Source: Reclinomonas americana ATCC 50394
Taxonomy: Eukaryota
Reading direction: 5' to 3'
Length of the DNA stretch: 64,000 nt
NCBI GenBank assembly: GCA_048213135.1
Contig: PS015009.1
Coordinates: forward strand, 1,736,001 to 1,800,000
Made by a program: the position numbers and the translations under genes. Below are positions 1 to 8,312 of the stretch, piece by piece. Under the pieces are notes generated by a model, which saw only the letters and a list, made by a program, of their open reading frames with translations, was not told the DNA's origin and ran no database searches. Within the stretch, counting starts at the first letter, position 1. Each line of letters opens with the position of its first letter.

Positions 1-528
1 GCGTTTTTGTACCAGGGAGTCATCCCCATCGCGGTAGAGCATAGCCACCAGGCTGCTGTCTGCTTTGCCCGTTTCGGCGAGCAACACTTTGCCGGTTAAC
101 TCCAGCGAGTCGATGACCGGTCCGGTTGAAAATACATAAGTGAAATTGGTATAAGGGTTGCCTTCGTGTACATCTACAATGGCGTTGCCGAAATTAATGG
201 AGTAGGTGGTATTGGGTTTCAGCGTGTCTTTCAGTTTCACCGTTACCGTCTTCAGTTTGTAGTCCACTACCGGCGCCGTTTTGGGATAGGGTGAAACGAG
301 TACGTTCTGCTGGGCCTCTTTCACTTCCACATATTCGTCGAAAGTGAGGCTGATGCGGTTGCCGTTAAAATTGACCGATTTCAATGCAGGACTGGCACTG
401 ACCAGCCGGGGGGCGAGTGTATCCTTGGCCCCGCCTGTAGGAGCGCCAATCTGGGCGCAGCCCGGGCCGAGTACGGACAGTTGCACTAAAATAAAAACGG
501 AAAGCAGCAAGTAGAAGAAAGTCTTCAA
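1..528 (-). CDS. Ig-like domain-containing lipoprotein (runs off the left window edge)
   Basis: Manual translation from TTG at 528 (or 531): LKTFFYLLLSVFILVQLSVLGPGCAQIGAPTGGAKDTLAPRLV... Signal peptide plus Cys and the CAQ..PTGG.KDT motif typical of this Bacteroidota family. Not in the ORF track. Confidence 0.75.
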   Translation of the reverse strand, partial: MKTFFYLLLSVFILVQLSVLGPGCAQIGAPTGGAKDTLAPRLVSASPALKSVNFNGNRISLTFDEYVEVKEAQQNVLVSPYPKTAPVVDYKLKTVTVKLKDTLKPNTTYSINFGNAIVDVHEGNPYTNFTYVFSTGPVIDSLELTGKVLLAETGKADSSLVAMLYRDGDDSLVQKR

Positions 529-610
529 CAACAGTGGATTTAATTTCGGTAAAATTACAGGGTTTCTTCTATCCGCCGTCGCGGTATATCTTAATAATCC
601 TTTAAAACGG

Positions 611-3600
611 TCAGTTTTCGGGTTCTTCTTCCAGGTCGTGCAGGGCAACTGCCAGCCGGTTGTCTTTCACAAAATTGCACCAGTGACAATCTTCCTTGCC
701 GCAACCGGTATAAAAATCACGGGCCTGTATTTTTTGCCATACATCGGTGATCTGCTGTTTAACGGTTTCCATATCTGCCGGGTTGATCACGATCTTTTCT
801 TTCCGGAACTGTTTCTGTTTATCCGGTTCAATAAAGTCAAATTCCGTACTCACCACGTTCCAGTTCTTCTGATCATAATTATCGATCAGTATTTTATAGA
901 AAACGGCCTGGCGCCAGTAGTCGCCCCCATTTGGCATTTTATCATGCGGCGGTTTCATTTTTTGCAGGGCATTGTCTACGTTACCGGTTTTGTAATCCAC
1001 CACATTCACATTCCTGCTGTCAAACTCCAGTTTATCGAGTTTGCCTTTCAGCGGAATATCGTTAAGTATCACCACGCGGATGTTACGTTCTATGGCCACC
1101 ACTTTATTCCAGCTGCCGATGTACTGATCATAGTATGCCGGCAAAATAATGGAACCCTGCTCCATTCTGCGGGCAAAAGCTTCACGGGTGAAGTTCTCCC
1201 GGTGCCGGCGCATATACCAGCTGAAGTCTTCCAGAAGGACATCCGCCGGAGGGAATTCATCATTACCACTCTCCTGCATCTTCCTGAAAAAGCGCTCCAG
1301 TGCAAAGTGAATGGCACTGCCAAATTCGGTAGCTTCGCTTTTGCCTACCGGTATGCGGAGGAGGTTCTTATAATAAAAGCCCAGCGGGCAATCCAGGTAG
1401 TTGTTAAGCGCCGTTACATTCATGGAAAATTTTTCAAGCAGGCCGCTTATAAAATCTGCTTCCGCGGCCCTGATCTCCGGTGCCTGAGCGGTGAACTGCA
1501 GCATGTCGAAAACCGCCAGGTCTGCAGGATCGGTAAATACGATCTCCACAGGTAAGGGCTGTTGTTCCATGATCTCGGCAATGAACATCGAAGGTTCCTG
1601 CTCCCTGCCATCATTGCGGTAGCGGGCATAGGAGATGTATAAATATTTTTCCGCCCGGGTGATGGCTACATAAAATAACCGGCGCAGTTCCTCTTCTTCG
1701 GCGCTTTTGGCGTGTGATTCAAATAAGGTGTCGGGGAACTTATAACCGCCGCCGGGTTTTCTTTTCTTTTCCCAGCCCGATGCCGTTACGCCTGCAAAGA
1801 AAACATGTTCAAATTCAAGACCTTTGGAACCGTGCGCTGTCAGCAGGTTTACGCCTTTATCAGTACCGGATACCTGTACGAGCGGCAGGGCGATACCTTC
1901 TTTTTCCATCAGGTCGATAAGCTGGATAAAACCTTCCAGGTTAAGCGATGGGTTGCGTGCAGTTTCGGATTTAATAAAATCGAAAAGGGCGGTCAGCCAT
2001 TGCATGAGGCTCACTTTTTCAGCGCTCTCCATGATATAGGGCAATAGTCCGCCGTACTGTATCAGCCTTTCAAACAATTCCTGGAGGGTATAGTTGGTTA
2101 CATCACCAATGAGTTTTTCCAGTACGATGCCGGTACTTCGCAATTGTTCATTAATGCCCGTATCAAAAAGGTCTTTGGGCACTGCCGCGGAACGTTCGGC
2201 CAGCAGGCGGCGTATGGAGATCTCTTCATTTTTATATTTCCGGCTGTTCACTTCCACCGTCAGTTTCGCTATCTCGATGGGAGGTATATGATAAAAGTCG
2301 AAGTGCAGTATCTCAAACAGCATTTCATCTCCGCCATACGGGATGTCGTGTTCGGCATTGATGTACCGCAGCAATTGCAATATCTTCCGGATGAAAGGGA
2401 GTTCGAGGATGTTAATGTTGCGTTTGCTGTAAACGGGTATTTTTTTCAACCGAAGGTATTGCGCCAGATCTTCACCATAGCGGTTCTCTTTATAGATAAC
2501 GGCGATCTTTCCGAAAGCGACACCGTCTTTTGTCAGTTGATCGATGCTATTGCAGATATGGGCCATTTCCTCTTTGACCGACTGGTATTCGCGGATGACC
2601 GGCAGGTGTGTCAGCTCATTGATGAGTACATTGGCTGCTACCAGGTCTTTACTCAATCCTTCTATCTGTTTTACCAACCTTTCTTCATTCCGGCTGATGA
2701 GGGCTTTGGATACATCCAGTATAGGCTGCGTGCTGCGGTAATTGCCGGTGAGCACCACGGTGATGAGTTGCTGTTCATACTGGCTGGCAAACTCCAGCAT
2801 ATTTTCCACGTTGGCGCCCTGAAAACGGTAAATACTCTGGTCATCATCTCCCACAACAAAAATGTTGGGCGTTTCCCAGTAACTGATAAGCAGTTGTACC
2901 AGTCGGTTTTGTGTGCCGCTGGTATCCTGGTATTCATCGACAAGGATATACTGGAATTTTTCCTGGTACCCCTGCAGCACGGGTTTGTTCTCCTCAAAAA
3001 CGCGGATCACCCAATTGATCATATCGTCGAAATCGTAGCGGTTACGCTGCCGCATCAGTTGCTGGAAGTGATCGAACTCATTGACTGCCGCCTTTAGCTT
3101 TTCCATTTTCTCCGTCTCTTCGGCGATCTTGTCGGTACGAACATCTCCTTTTTTAAAATTACCTGTAGCCCTTTTGGCCATGTACTCGTCCCGCGTGGGC
3201 AGGTCTGCAATGTATTGCCCGATCTTTTCATTGATGAAATCCGGCGTCCAGCCTTCGCGTTTCATGACAGAAAAGAGCTGGCGCAGGTTATTGATCTCGA
3301 AGTATACATCGCCCCGGTATCTTTTTAACGGGTGGTTTTTGGGAAAACTGTCGATCAGTTGTTTGAACAGTTCGATGCTTTCCAGTTCGGATATGGCATC
3401 GAGGCTGCTCTTTTCGAAAAGGGGCAGGTTATCCTGTATCACATCATTGCAGAATGCATGGAAAGTGTAAATATTCACTTTATAGGCATCGGCGCCAATG
3501 AACTGCTGCAGGCGCCTGCGCATGGCGATGGTGCCCGCGTCGGTATACGTAAGACAGAGTATATTTTCGGGAAGGGCGTCGGTATCGAGCAGTATTTTGC

Positions 3601-3757
3601 CGATGCGTGCCGCCAGTATCTGCGTTTTGCCCGTACCTGGCCCGGCGATCACCATCACGGGACCTTCAATAGTGTCCACGGCGATGCGTTGCTGGGGATT
3701 CAGGTTGCTGTAGGTCTCACTGAATTTTTGTGCTAGTTGCTGGCGGTACTGCGACAT
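611..3757 (-). CDS. ATP-dependent DNA helicase, UvrD/PcrA family, with C-terminal PD-(D/E)XK nuclease domain
   Basis: Walker A AGPGTGKT, DEYQD, VGDDDQSIY, HGSKGLEF and YVAITRA helicase motifs. C-terminal GKLD...VVDYKTG nuclease motif. Start set at MSQYRQ (ATG 3757). Confidence 0.92.
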   Translation of the reverse strand: MSQYRQQLAQKFSETYSNLNPQQRIAVDTIEGPVMVIAGPGTGKTQILAARIGKILLDTDALPENILCLTYTDAGTIAMRRRLQQFIGADAYKVNIYTFHAFCNDVIQDNLPLFEKSSLDAISELESIELFKQLIDSFPKNHPLKRYRGDVYFEINNLRQLFSVMKREGWTPDFINEKIGQYIADLPTRDEYMAKRATGNFKKGDVRTDKIAEETEKMEKLKAAVNEFDHFQQLMRQRNRYDFDDMINWVIRVFEENKPVLQGYQEKFQYILVDEYQDTSGTQNRLVQLLISYWETPNIFVVGDDDQSIYRFQGANVENMLEFASQYEQQLITVVLTGNYRSTQPILDVSKALISRNEERLVKQIEGLSKDLVAANVLINELTHLPVIREYQSVKEEMAHICNSIDQLTKDGVAFGKIAVIYKENRYGEDLAQYLRLKKIPVYSKRNINILELPFIRKILQLLRYINAEHDIPYGGDEMLFEILHFDFYHIPPIEIAKLTVEVNSRKYKNEEISIRRLLAERSAAVPKDLFDTGINEQLRSTGIVLEKLIGDVTNYTLQELFERLIQYGGLLPYIMESAEKVSLMQWLTALFDFIKSETARNPSLNLEGFIQLIDLMEKEGIALPLVQVSGTDKGVNLLTAHGSKGLEFEHVFFAGVTASGWEKKRKPGGGYKFPDTLFESHAKSAEEEELRRLFYVAITRAEKYLYISYARYRNDGREQEPSMFIAEIMEQQPLPVEIVFTDPADLAVFDMLQFTAQAPEIRAAEADFISGLLEKFSMNVTALNNYLDCPLGFYYKNLLRIPVGKSEATEFGSAIHFALERFFRKMQESGNDEFPPADVLLEDFSWYMRRHRENFTREAFARRMEQGSIILPAYYDQYIGSWNKVVAIERNIRVVILNDIPLKGKLDKLEFDSRNVNVVDYKTGNVDNALQKMKPPHDKMPNGGDYWRQAVFYKILIDNYDQKNWNVVSTEFDFIEPDKQKQFRKEKIVINPADMETVKQQITDVWQKIQARDFYTGCGKEDCHWCNFVKDNRLAVALHDLEEEPEN

Positions 3758-4010
3758 TGGGTAAAGATACGATGCAGACCGCGGTGCTGACATAAATTTC
3801 AAATCCGCACACCCCGGAATCAACTATCATTTTTTTAAGGTTTCTGCTGTTTACAAATATTAATTTTTATAAATAAATATTTATTGCAATACGTTTAAAT
3901 TTTATTATATTTATTCTAACGTATACCTAATACACCCTGTGAAACGCCACTTTAGTAAATAAGTGGGTCGCCGAAAACACTTTCAGAGTAGGCAAAAAAA
4001 TCAACATTTT

Positions 4011-4214
4011 ATGGCAACAGTATTGTATGGCGTCGCCATCAGAAATGCATTGGCATCAAAAAACCTGGCTAAGATGAAATCTACAGCCGCCCAGGCCAGG
4101 CAAACGATCGTTGAGCAGGCAGATTTGCATGCTGCTTTGATCAAACTGGAAGATGCGATTGCAAAAATTGAGGCCAAAGCCCCCGCAGCCAAAAAAGCAG
4201 CCAAAAAGAAATGA
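4011..4214 (+). CDS. DUF1843-like (Y-X10-GDL-type) RiPP precursor peptide, 67 aa, with N-terminal LYG motif and Lys/Ala-rich tail
   Basis: MATVLYGVAIRNALASKNLAKMK...LIKLEDAIAKIE fits the DUF1843 pattern (YGVAI..A.AS[GDL]..MK...L..EIAK.E). Lies directly upstream of the radical SAM gene. Confidence 0.8.
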   Translation: MATVLYGVAIRNALASKNLAKMKSTAAQARQTIVEQADLHAALIKLEDAIAKIEAKAPAAKKAAKKK

Positions 4215-4228
4215 GTGAAGGATTGACC

Positions 4229-4259
4229 AGGGTTGCCGGTCATAGCAACCGGCAACCCT
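4229..4259 (+). terminator. Intergenic stem-loop between precursor and maturase (attenuator or mRNA stabiliser)
   Basis: Perfect 12-bp inverted repeat AGGGTTGCCGGT-N7-ACCGGCAACCCT, with only a weak U-tail. Confidence 0.6.
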
Positions 4260-4272
4260 TAATTCAAAAACT

Positions 4273-5703
4273 ATGGACAACAAACCAAGACGATATGATT
4301 TGCCCGAAGACTATGCACAGGCTGTACCCGTTCATGTAGTGTGGGAGACAACACTTGCCTGTAACCTCAACTGCCAGCACTGCGGTTCCCGGGCGGGTAA
4401 ACGAAGACCGGGAGAACTGTCGACTGAAGAATGTTTTGAGATCATCAGGCATCTTTCCATACTGGGTACACGTGAGATAACACTGATTGGCGGTGAAGTT
4501 TTTTTGCGTCCCGACTGGACACAGATCATTGAAAGGATCACCGAATCTGGGATTGACTGTTCCATGCAATCCGGTGCTTTTAACCTGAACCGGGAACGGA
4601 TAGCACAGGCAAAAAAAGCGGGGATCAAAAACATAGGCGTTTCCATCGACGGTTTAAAAGAAGTACATGATAAGGTAAGAGGAAAAAAGAATTCATTTGA
4701 CCATGCGATCAACGCATTGAGACTCCTGAAGGAATTCAACATCATTTCCAGCGTGAACACCGTTATCATGCAGGAAAATAAACACAGCCTGGATGAACTG
4801 CTTGATATTTTCATTGCTGAAGGCATAAAGAACTGGCAGGTGCAGCTGGCGGTAGCTATGGGCAACGCGGTAGATAATGAGCATTTATTGATACAGCCTT
4901 ATGAAATAAAAGACATACAGGACCGGCTCTTTCATCTTTATAACAGGGCGCTGGAACATGATGTCCTGATTCAGCCGGGTAATAATATTGGTTACTACGG
5001 ACCTTATGAGAGCATCTGGAGGCAGGCGGATATGGGCCACTGGAACGGCTGCTCGGCTGGTCATACCGCCCTGGGTATTGAAGCGGATGGAAAGATCAAA
5101 GGCTGTCCGTCTTTACCAACAACTTACTATACAGGCGGCAACATAAGGGAAATGTCGCTGACAGATATCTGGAACCATACTAAAGAATTATCATTTACGC
5201 GTTACCGCAATGCGGATGAATTATGGGGCTTCTGTAAAACCTGTTATTACGCTGATGTTTGTTATGCCGGTTGTACCTGGACGAGCCATGTGCTCTTTGG
5301 TCAGCGGGGCAATAACCCTTATTGCTACCATCGCGTGACGGAACTGGAAAAACAAAACCTGAAAGAAAGAATCGTTAAAACGGCCGGCGGCGATGGCACT
5401 TCCTTCGATCATGGTAAGTTTAAAATAGAAGTAGTTAATGAAGCCGGAGAAGTGGTGGAAACACAGATTGGTAACACGGCGCCTATCGCTGTTCCCAAAG
5501 ACACGGGCTCTTTTCGTATACCCCGCCAGCTAAAGCTTTGCCGTGATTGCAGCAAGCATGTAAAACCGGATGAAGAATTTTGCCCTTTTTGCGACAGCAA
5601 TATCGAGGAAGCCGAACAAAATTACCAGCTCCGCATGCAGGAAATAAACGAGAGCTATGAAGAACTCATGGTGATATTAGATAAGATGCACCATGCAGAT
5701 TGA
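4273..5703 (+). CDS. Radical SAM/SPASM peptide maturase, GDL-motif-peptide-associated / PlpX splicease-like
   Basis: VWETTLACNLNCQHCGSRAG (CxxxCxxC), LIGGE, SPASM cysteines CSAG...GCPSL...CKTC....VCYAGC...NNPYC, and a C-terminal CxxC-x10-CPFC ribbon. Confidence 0.88.
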   Translation: MDNKPRRYDLPEDYAQAVPVHVVWETTLACNLNCQHCGSRAGKRRPGELSTEECFEIIRHLSILGTREITLIGGEVFLRPDWTQIIERITESGIDCSMQSGAFNLNRERIAQAKKAGIKNIGVSIDGLKEVHDKVRGKKNSFDHAINALRLLKEFNIISSVNTVIMQENKHSLDELLDIFIAEGIKNWQVQLAVAMGNAVDNEHLLIQPYEIKDIQDRLFHLYNRALEHDVLIQPGNNIGYYGPYESIWRQADMGHWNGCSAGHTALGIEADGKIKGCPSLPTTYYTGGNIREMSLTDIWNHTKELSFTRYRNADELWGFCKTCYYADVCYAGCTWTSHVLFGQRGNNPYCYHRVTELEKQNLKERIVKTAGGDGTSFDHGKFKIEVVNEAGEVVETQIGNTAPIAVPKDTGSFRIPRQLKLCRDCSKHVKPDEEFCPFCDSNIEEAEQNYQLRMQEINESYEELMVILDKMHHAD

Positions 5704-6241
5704 AGAGAAGATACGCTCAACCGAATTGGCGCTTGATGCAGCAGAACTGACCATGCAATATGGTTTGCAGTCGTTTCAATACGACAGTTCAGAATTTCTT
5801 GTTGAGGTGGGAAAAAACATCAGGCTGGGTCCTGACGATGTATTGTTCGACCTGGGGTGTGGTTACGGTGAATTGCTTTTTTATCTTGCCGGAAAATTCC
5901 CGGCTGCACAATTTACCGGCATCGAAATAGTAAAGGAGCGTTTTGATATAGCTGCGGAAGCTTGTCATCTCCGCCGGGTTAACAATATCCGGTTCATACA
6001 CGGTGATATCCTGAAAGAGGACCTCTCTGCCGGTACCGTGTTTTACATCTTCAATCCCTTGTTTGAATTTCAATACCCGGTTTTGGCCAGGCGGCTGCGC
6101 AAAGTGGCGCGGGAGAAAAAGATCATGCTTATCACTGAAGGGAAAGCCTGTATTTATTTTAACCAGCTTCGGTGGCTGTCGGAAATACGATCGATCGATA
6201 ACGACAGCCTCTCGTGGATGAAGATGTATGAGAGTAAATAA
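5693..6241 (+). CDS. Class I SAM-dependent methyltransferase (DOT1-like motifs)
   Basis: LFDLGCGYG motif I, GIEI, FIHGD and VFYIFNP. Overlaps the radical SAM stop. Confidence 0.85.
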   Translation: MQIEEKIRSTELALDAAELTMQYGLQSFQYDSSEFLVEVGKNIRLGPDDVLFDLGCGYGELLFYLAGKFPAAQFTGIEIVKERFDIAAEACHLRRVNNIRFIHGDILKEDLSAGTVFYIFNPLFEFQYPVLARRLRKVAREKKIMLITEGKACIYFNQLRWLSEIRSIDNDSLSWMKMYESK

Positions 6242-6250
6242 AGCTGATCC

Positions 6251-6907
6251 TTAGCCCGGCATCCTGTTGATGTACTTCTCAATTTGTTTGATCTGGTCAA
6301 CGATCTGAGGGGTAGTGGGCTTATAACTTTTGGCTTTGCGGAAGAACTCTTTGGCAGCGCGAAACTCCCTCTTGTTCATCATAATGGAACAGAGTTGCAG
6401 GTAAGCGGCGGCGTTATTTTCATTATCGGGCAAACCGGCACGGATGGCCTGGCGGATATAACTTTCAGCCTGTTTGATATCCCCTTTTTGCATGGCCAGC
6501 ATCCCCAGCTGCAGTTTATTGGGGCCTTCAGCCTGTTTGGTGAGTGAACCACCACCCAGCGACAGGCTTTTTTTCATATGTGTTTCAGCCGTGTCGTAAT
6601 CCTGTTCCATCATGGCCAGGTTGCCTTTGAGGGTATAGTATACCGAACGAACCGGTTTAATAAGAAGACCCGGGAACCAGATAGAATCCAGCACTTTTTT
6701 AGCGCCTTCCATATCTCCATTTTCCATATGTCCCTGTATAAGACGCATGGGTCCCAGCAGGAAATGACCAACGATCAGTACTACGCCTACCAGGTACAGA
6801 ACGAAGGAAGGCCAGAAGCCGGCCTGCATATGGGTGAAAATGGCCAGGGCCAGTAACAGCAGGCCAATCCACAAACGGTACTTGATGATCGTATTTAACC
6901 ACTTCAT
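6251..6907 (-). CDS. Membrane-anchored tetratricopeptide repeat protein
   Basis: Two N-terminal hydrophobic helices followed by TPR-like helical repeats. Start set at MKWLN, with TATCTTTG promoter element upstream (6929-6936, minus strand). Confidence 0.75.
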   Translation of the reverse strand: MKWLNTIIKYRLWIGLLLLALAIFTHMQAGFWPSFVLYLVGVVLIVGHFLLGPMRLIQGHMENGDMEGAKKVLDSIWFPGLLIKPVRSVYYTLKGNLAMMEQDYDTAETHMKKSLSLGGGSLTKQAEGPNKLQLGMLAMQKGDIKQAESYIRQAIRAGLPDNENNAAAYLQLCSIMMNKREFRAAKEFFRKAKSYKPTTPQIVDQIKQIEKYINRMPG

Positions 6908-7023
6908 GAGCTCAAAAATTTGGGACGGCAAAGATAGGATTTGATTTGATTTCAGGAAAAGCTTACTTTTGCCCTCCCCGAAAAGGGGATGCGGCAGCTA
7001 TTTACATTTTTCCGCATCTATTT

Positions 7024-7095
7024 GGCCCTGTAGTTCAATGGATAGAATAGAAGTTTCCTAAACTTTAGATACAAGTTCGATTCTTGTCGGGGCTA
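7024..7095 (+). tRNA. tRNA-Arg (anticodon CCT)
   Basis: Cloverleaf: acceptor GGCCCTG/CGGGGCT, anticodon arm GAAGT-TTCCTAA-ACTTT, T-arm ACAAG-TTCGATT-CTTGT. CCA is not encoded. Confidence 0.95.
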
Positions 7096-7100
7096 CAACG

Positions 7101-7135
7101 AAAGGACAAATTGCGAAGGCAATTTGTCCTTTTTT
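7101..7135 (+). terminator. Rho-independent terminator after the tRNA
   Basis: AAAGGACAAATTGC-GAAG-GCAATTTGTCCTTT followed by a T-run. Confidence 0.85.
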
Positions 7136-7186
7136 ATTTTATCTCCGCAGCAACATCCTCTGTTGGGACGTTGCCGGATAAATAAC

Positions 7187-7633
7187 CTATTGTTTCGCGG
7201 GAGCCGCGTCTCTCGGAGTTTTACTTTTGATATTGTTACTTTCCCTGATTTTTAGCGCTGCGCCTTTACCGTAAGGGCAGTAATAATCAATGGCGTCCTG
7301 TGCGGCATTATACGAAAGATCGTATTCCACTACAGTTCCCCTGATAATTACGTTCGCTGTATGATTGTAAAAATCACGGCTGCCATAGCCACCGAAATTT
7401 CCGTACATCACATCGCCGTCATAGGTCCTTAATCCATCCAGGTTCCGGATGATGGTATAGCCATAATTGGTCTCAACTACGTAGTAACCGCAGCTATTAT
7501 TACTATACACTACTTCGCCCCGCTCCTGCGAAAACCAGTAATTATTATTCTCATATACTCTTTCCTTGGCGCAACTGGTAAATAGTGCTGCTATGAGCAC
7601 AGCTACAATTGAATAGGTAAAAATCTTTTTCAT
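7187..7633 (-). CDS. Hypothetical lipoprotein
   Basis: MKK, hydrophobic stretch and FTSC lipobox; 148 aa. Confidence 0.75.
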   Translation of the reverse strand: MKKIFTYSIVAVLIAALFTSCAKERVYENNNYWFSQERGEVVYSNNSCGYYVVETNYGYTIIRNLDGLRTYDGDVMYGNFGGYGSRDFYNHTANVIIRGTVVEYDLSYNAAQDAIDYYCPYGKGAALKIRESNNIKSKTPRDAAPAKQ

Positions 7634-7736
7634 GGTTGTTGGTTTTTAAAATGAATTATAACCATGAGATAGCAAACGACGGGCTAAGTTTGCATACGAT
7701 TTGTTAAAAACAAGCTGGCAGACCCATTGCAGTGAT

Positions 7737-7808
7737 TGGTTTGTGACCCAATAGATAGAATAGGGGTTTTCTAAGCTTATAATATATGCCTGATTCTTGT
7801 AGGAGCTG
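7737..7808 (+). pseudogene. Decayed tRNA-Arg copy
   Basis: Ungapped alignment to 7024-7095 at 48/72 identity (manual count). Stems and the TTC of the T-loop are broken. Confidence 0.7.
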
Positions 7809-8312
7809 CAAAGCGGGAATTAAAAAATCACAAGATTGATGACAGGCAGAGCCGTATTAAAACCATCCTGGGTGATAATCAATAGAGCAAACGTTCCAAT
7901 TGCTGCTATTGCTACTTTGTATAGCGTTACAATTTCATTTTGAGTTATTCCGACGGAAAGCTTGTATCGATGAAGAACGATACCTTATTACGCCTGATAT
8001 GGCACAAAGGAACAGGACTCAAACTGATGTACTACCCCATTGTGGTATTTTTTAAAATGACTTGAATCCTTTATCTTCGCTTTTGAAAACTGTAATAAAA
8101 CCAGCGTTACTCTCCCGCTCCTCTCTTTTACTGTGTTTTCTTCTTCCTTTGAATTTTCTATTGAACAATAATTGCTAATGCAAAGTACTGGATCATTGTG
8201 TAGTAATGCGAAACACATTTGATTCAATATTTCAGAAAATATGGAATTGATGAAATAAGAGCATCTGGCAGATGCATCCTAATAAATGCCTAAATATGGC
8301 GCAGACTGACTT

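Noticed and set aside
638-3736. Long plus-strand ORFs (305 aa, 317 aa and others) opposite the helicase, and similar antisense ORFs throughout the window
   Set aside because: Shadow ORFs on the reverse strand of well-supported genes, with no recognisable motifs.
3963-4010. Longer GTG start for the precursor peptide
   Set aside because: ATG 4011 follows an A/T-rich leader typical of Bacteroidota starts and places YG near the N-terminus as in the family. The extension has no support.
5753-5764. QYG near the N-terminus of the methyltransferase as a second splicease site
   Set aside because: YG dipeptides are common, and no DUF1843-like follower helix follows.
7988-8227. 79-aa minus-strand ORF between the pseudo-tRNA and the RHS locus
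   Set aside because: TTG start, AT-rich, no recognisable motif. It could be a decayed gene but I cannot support it.
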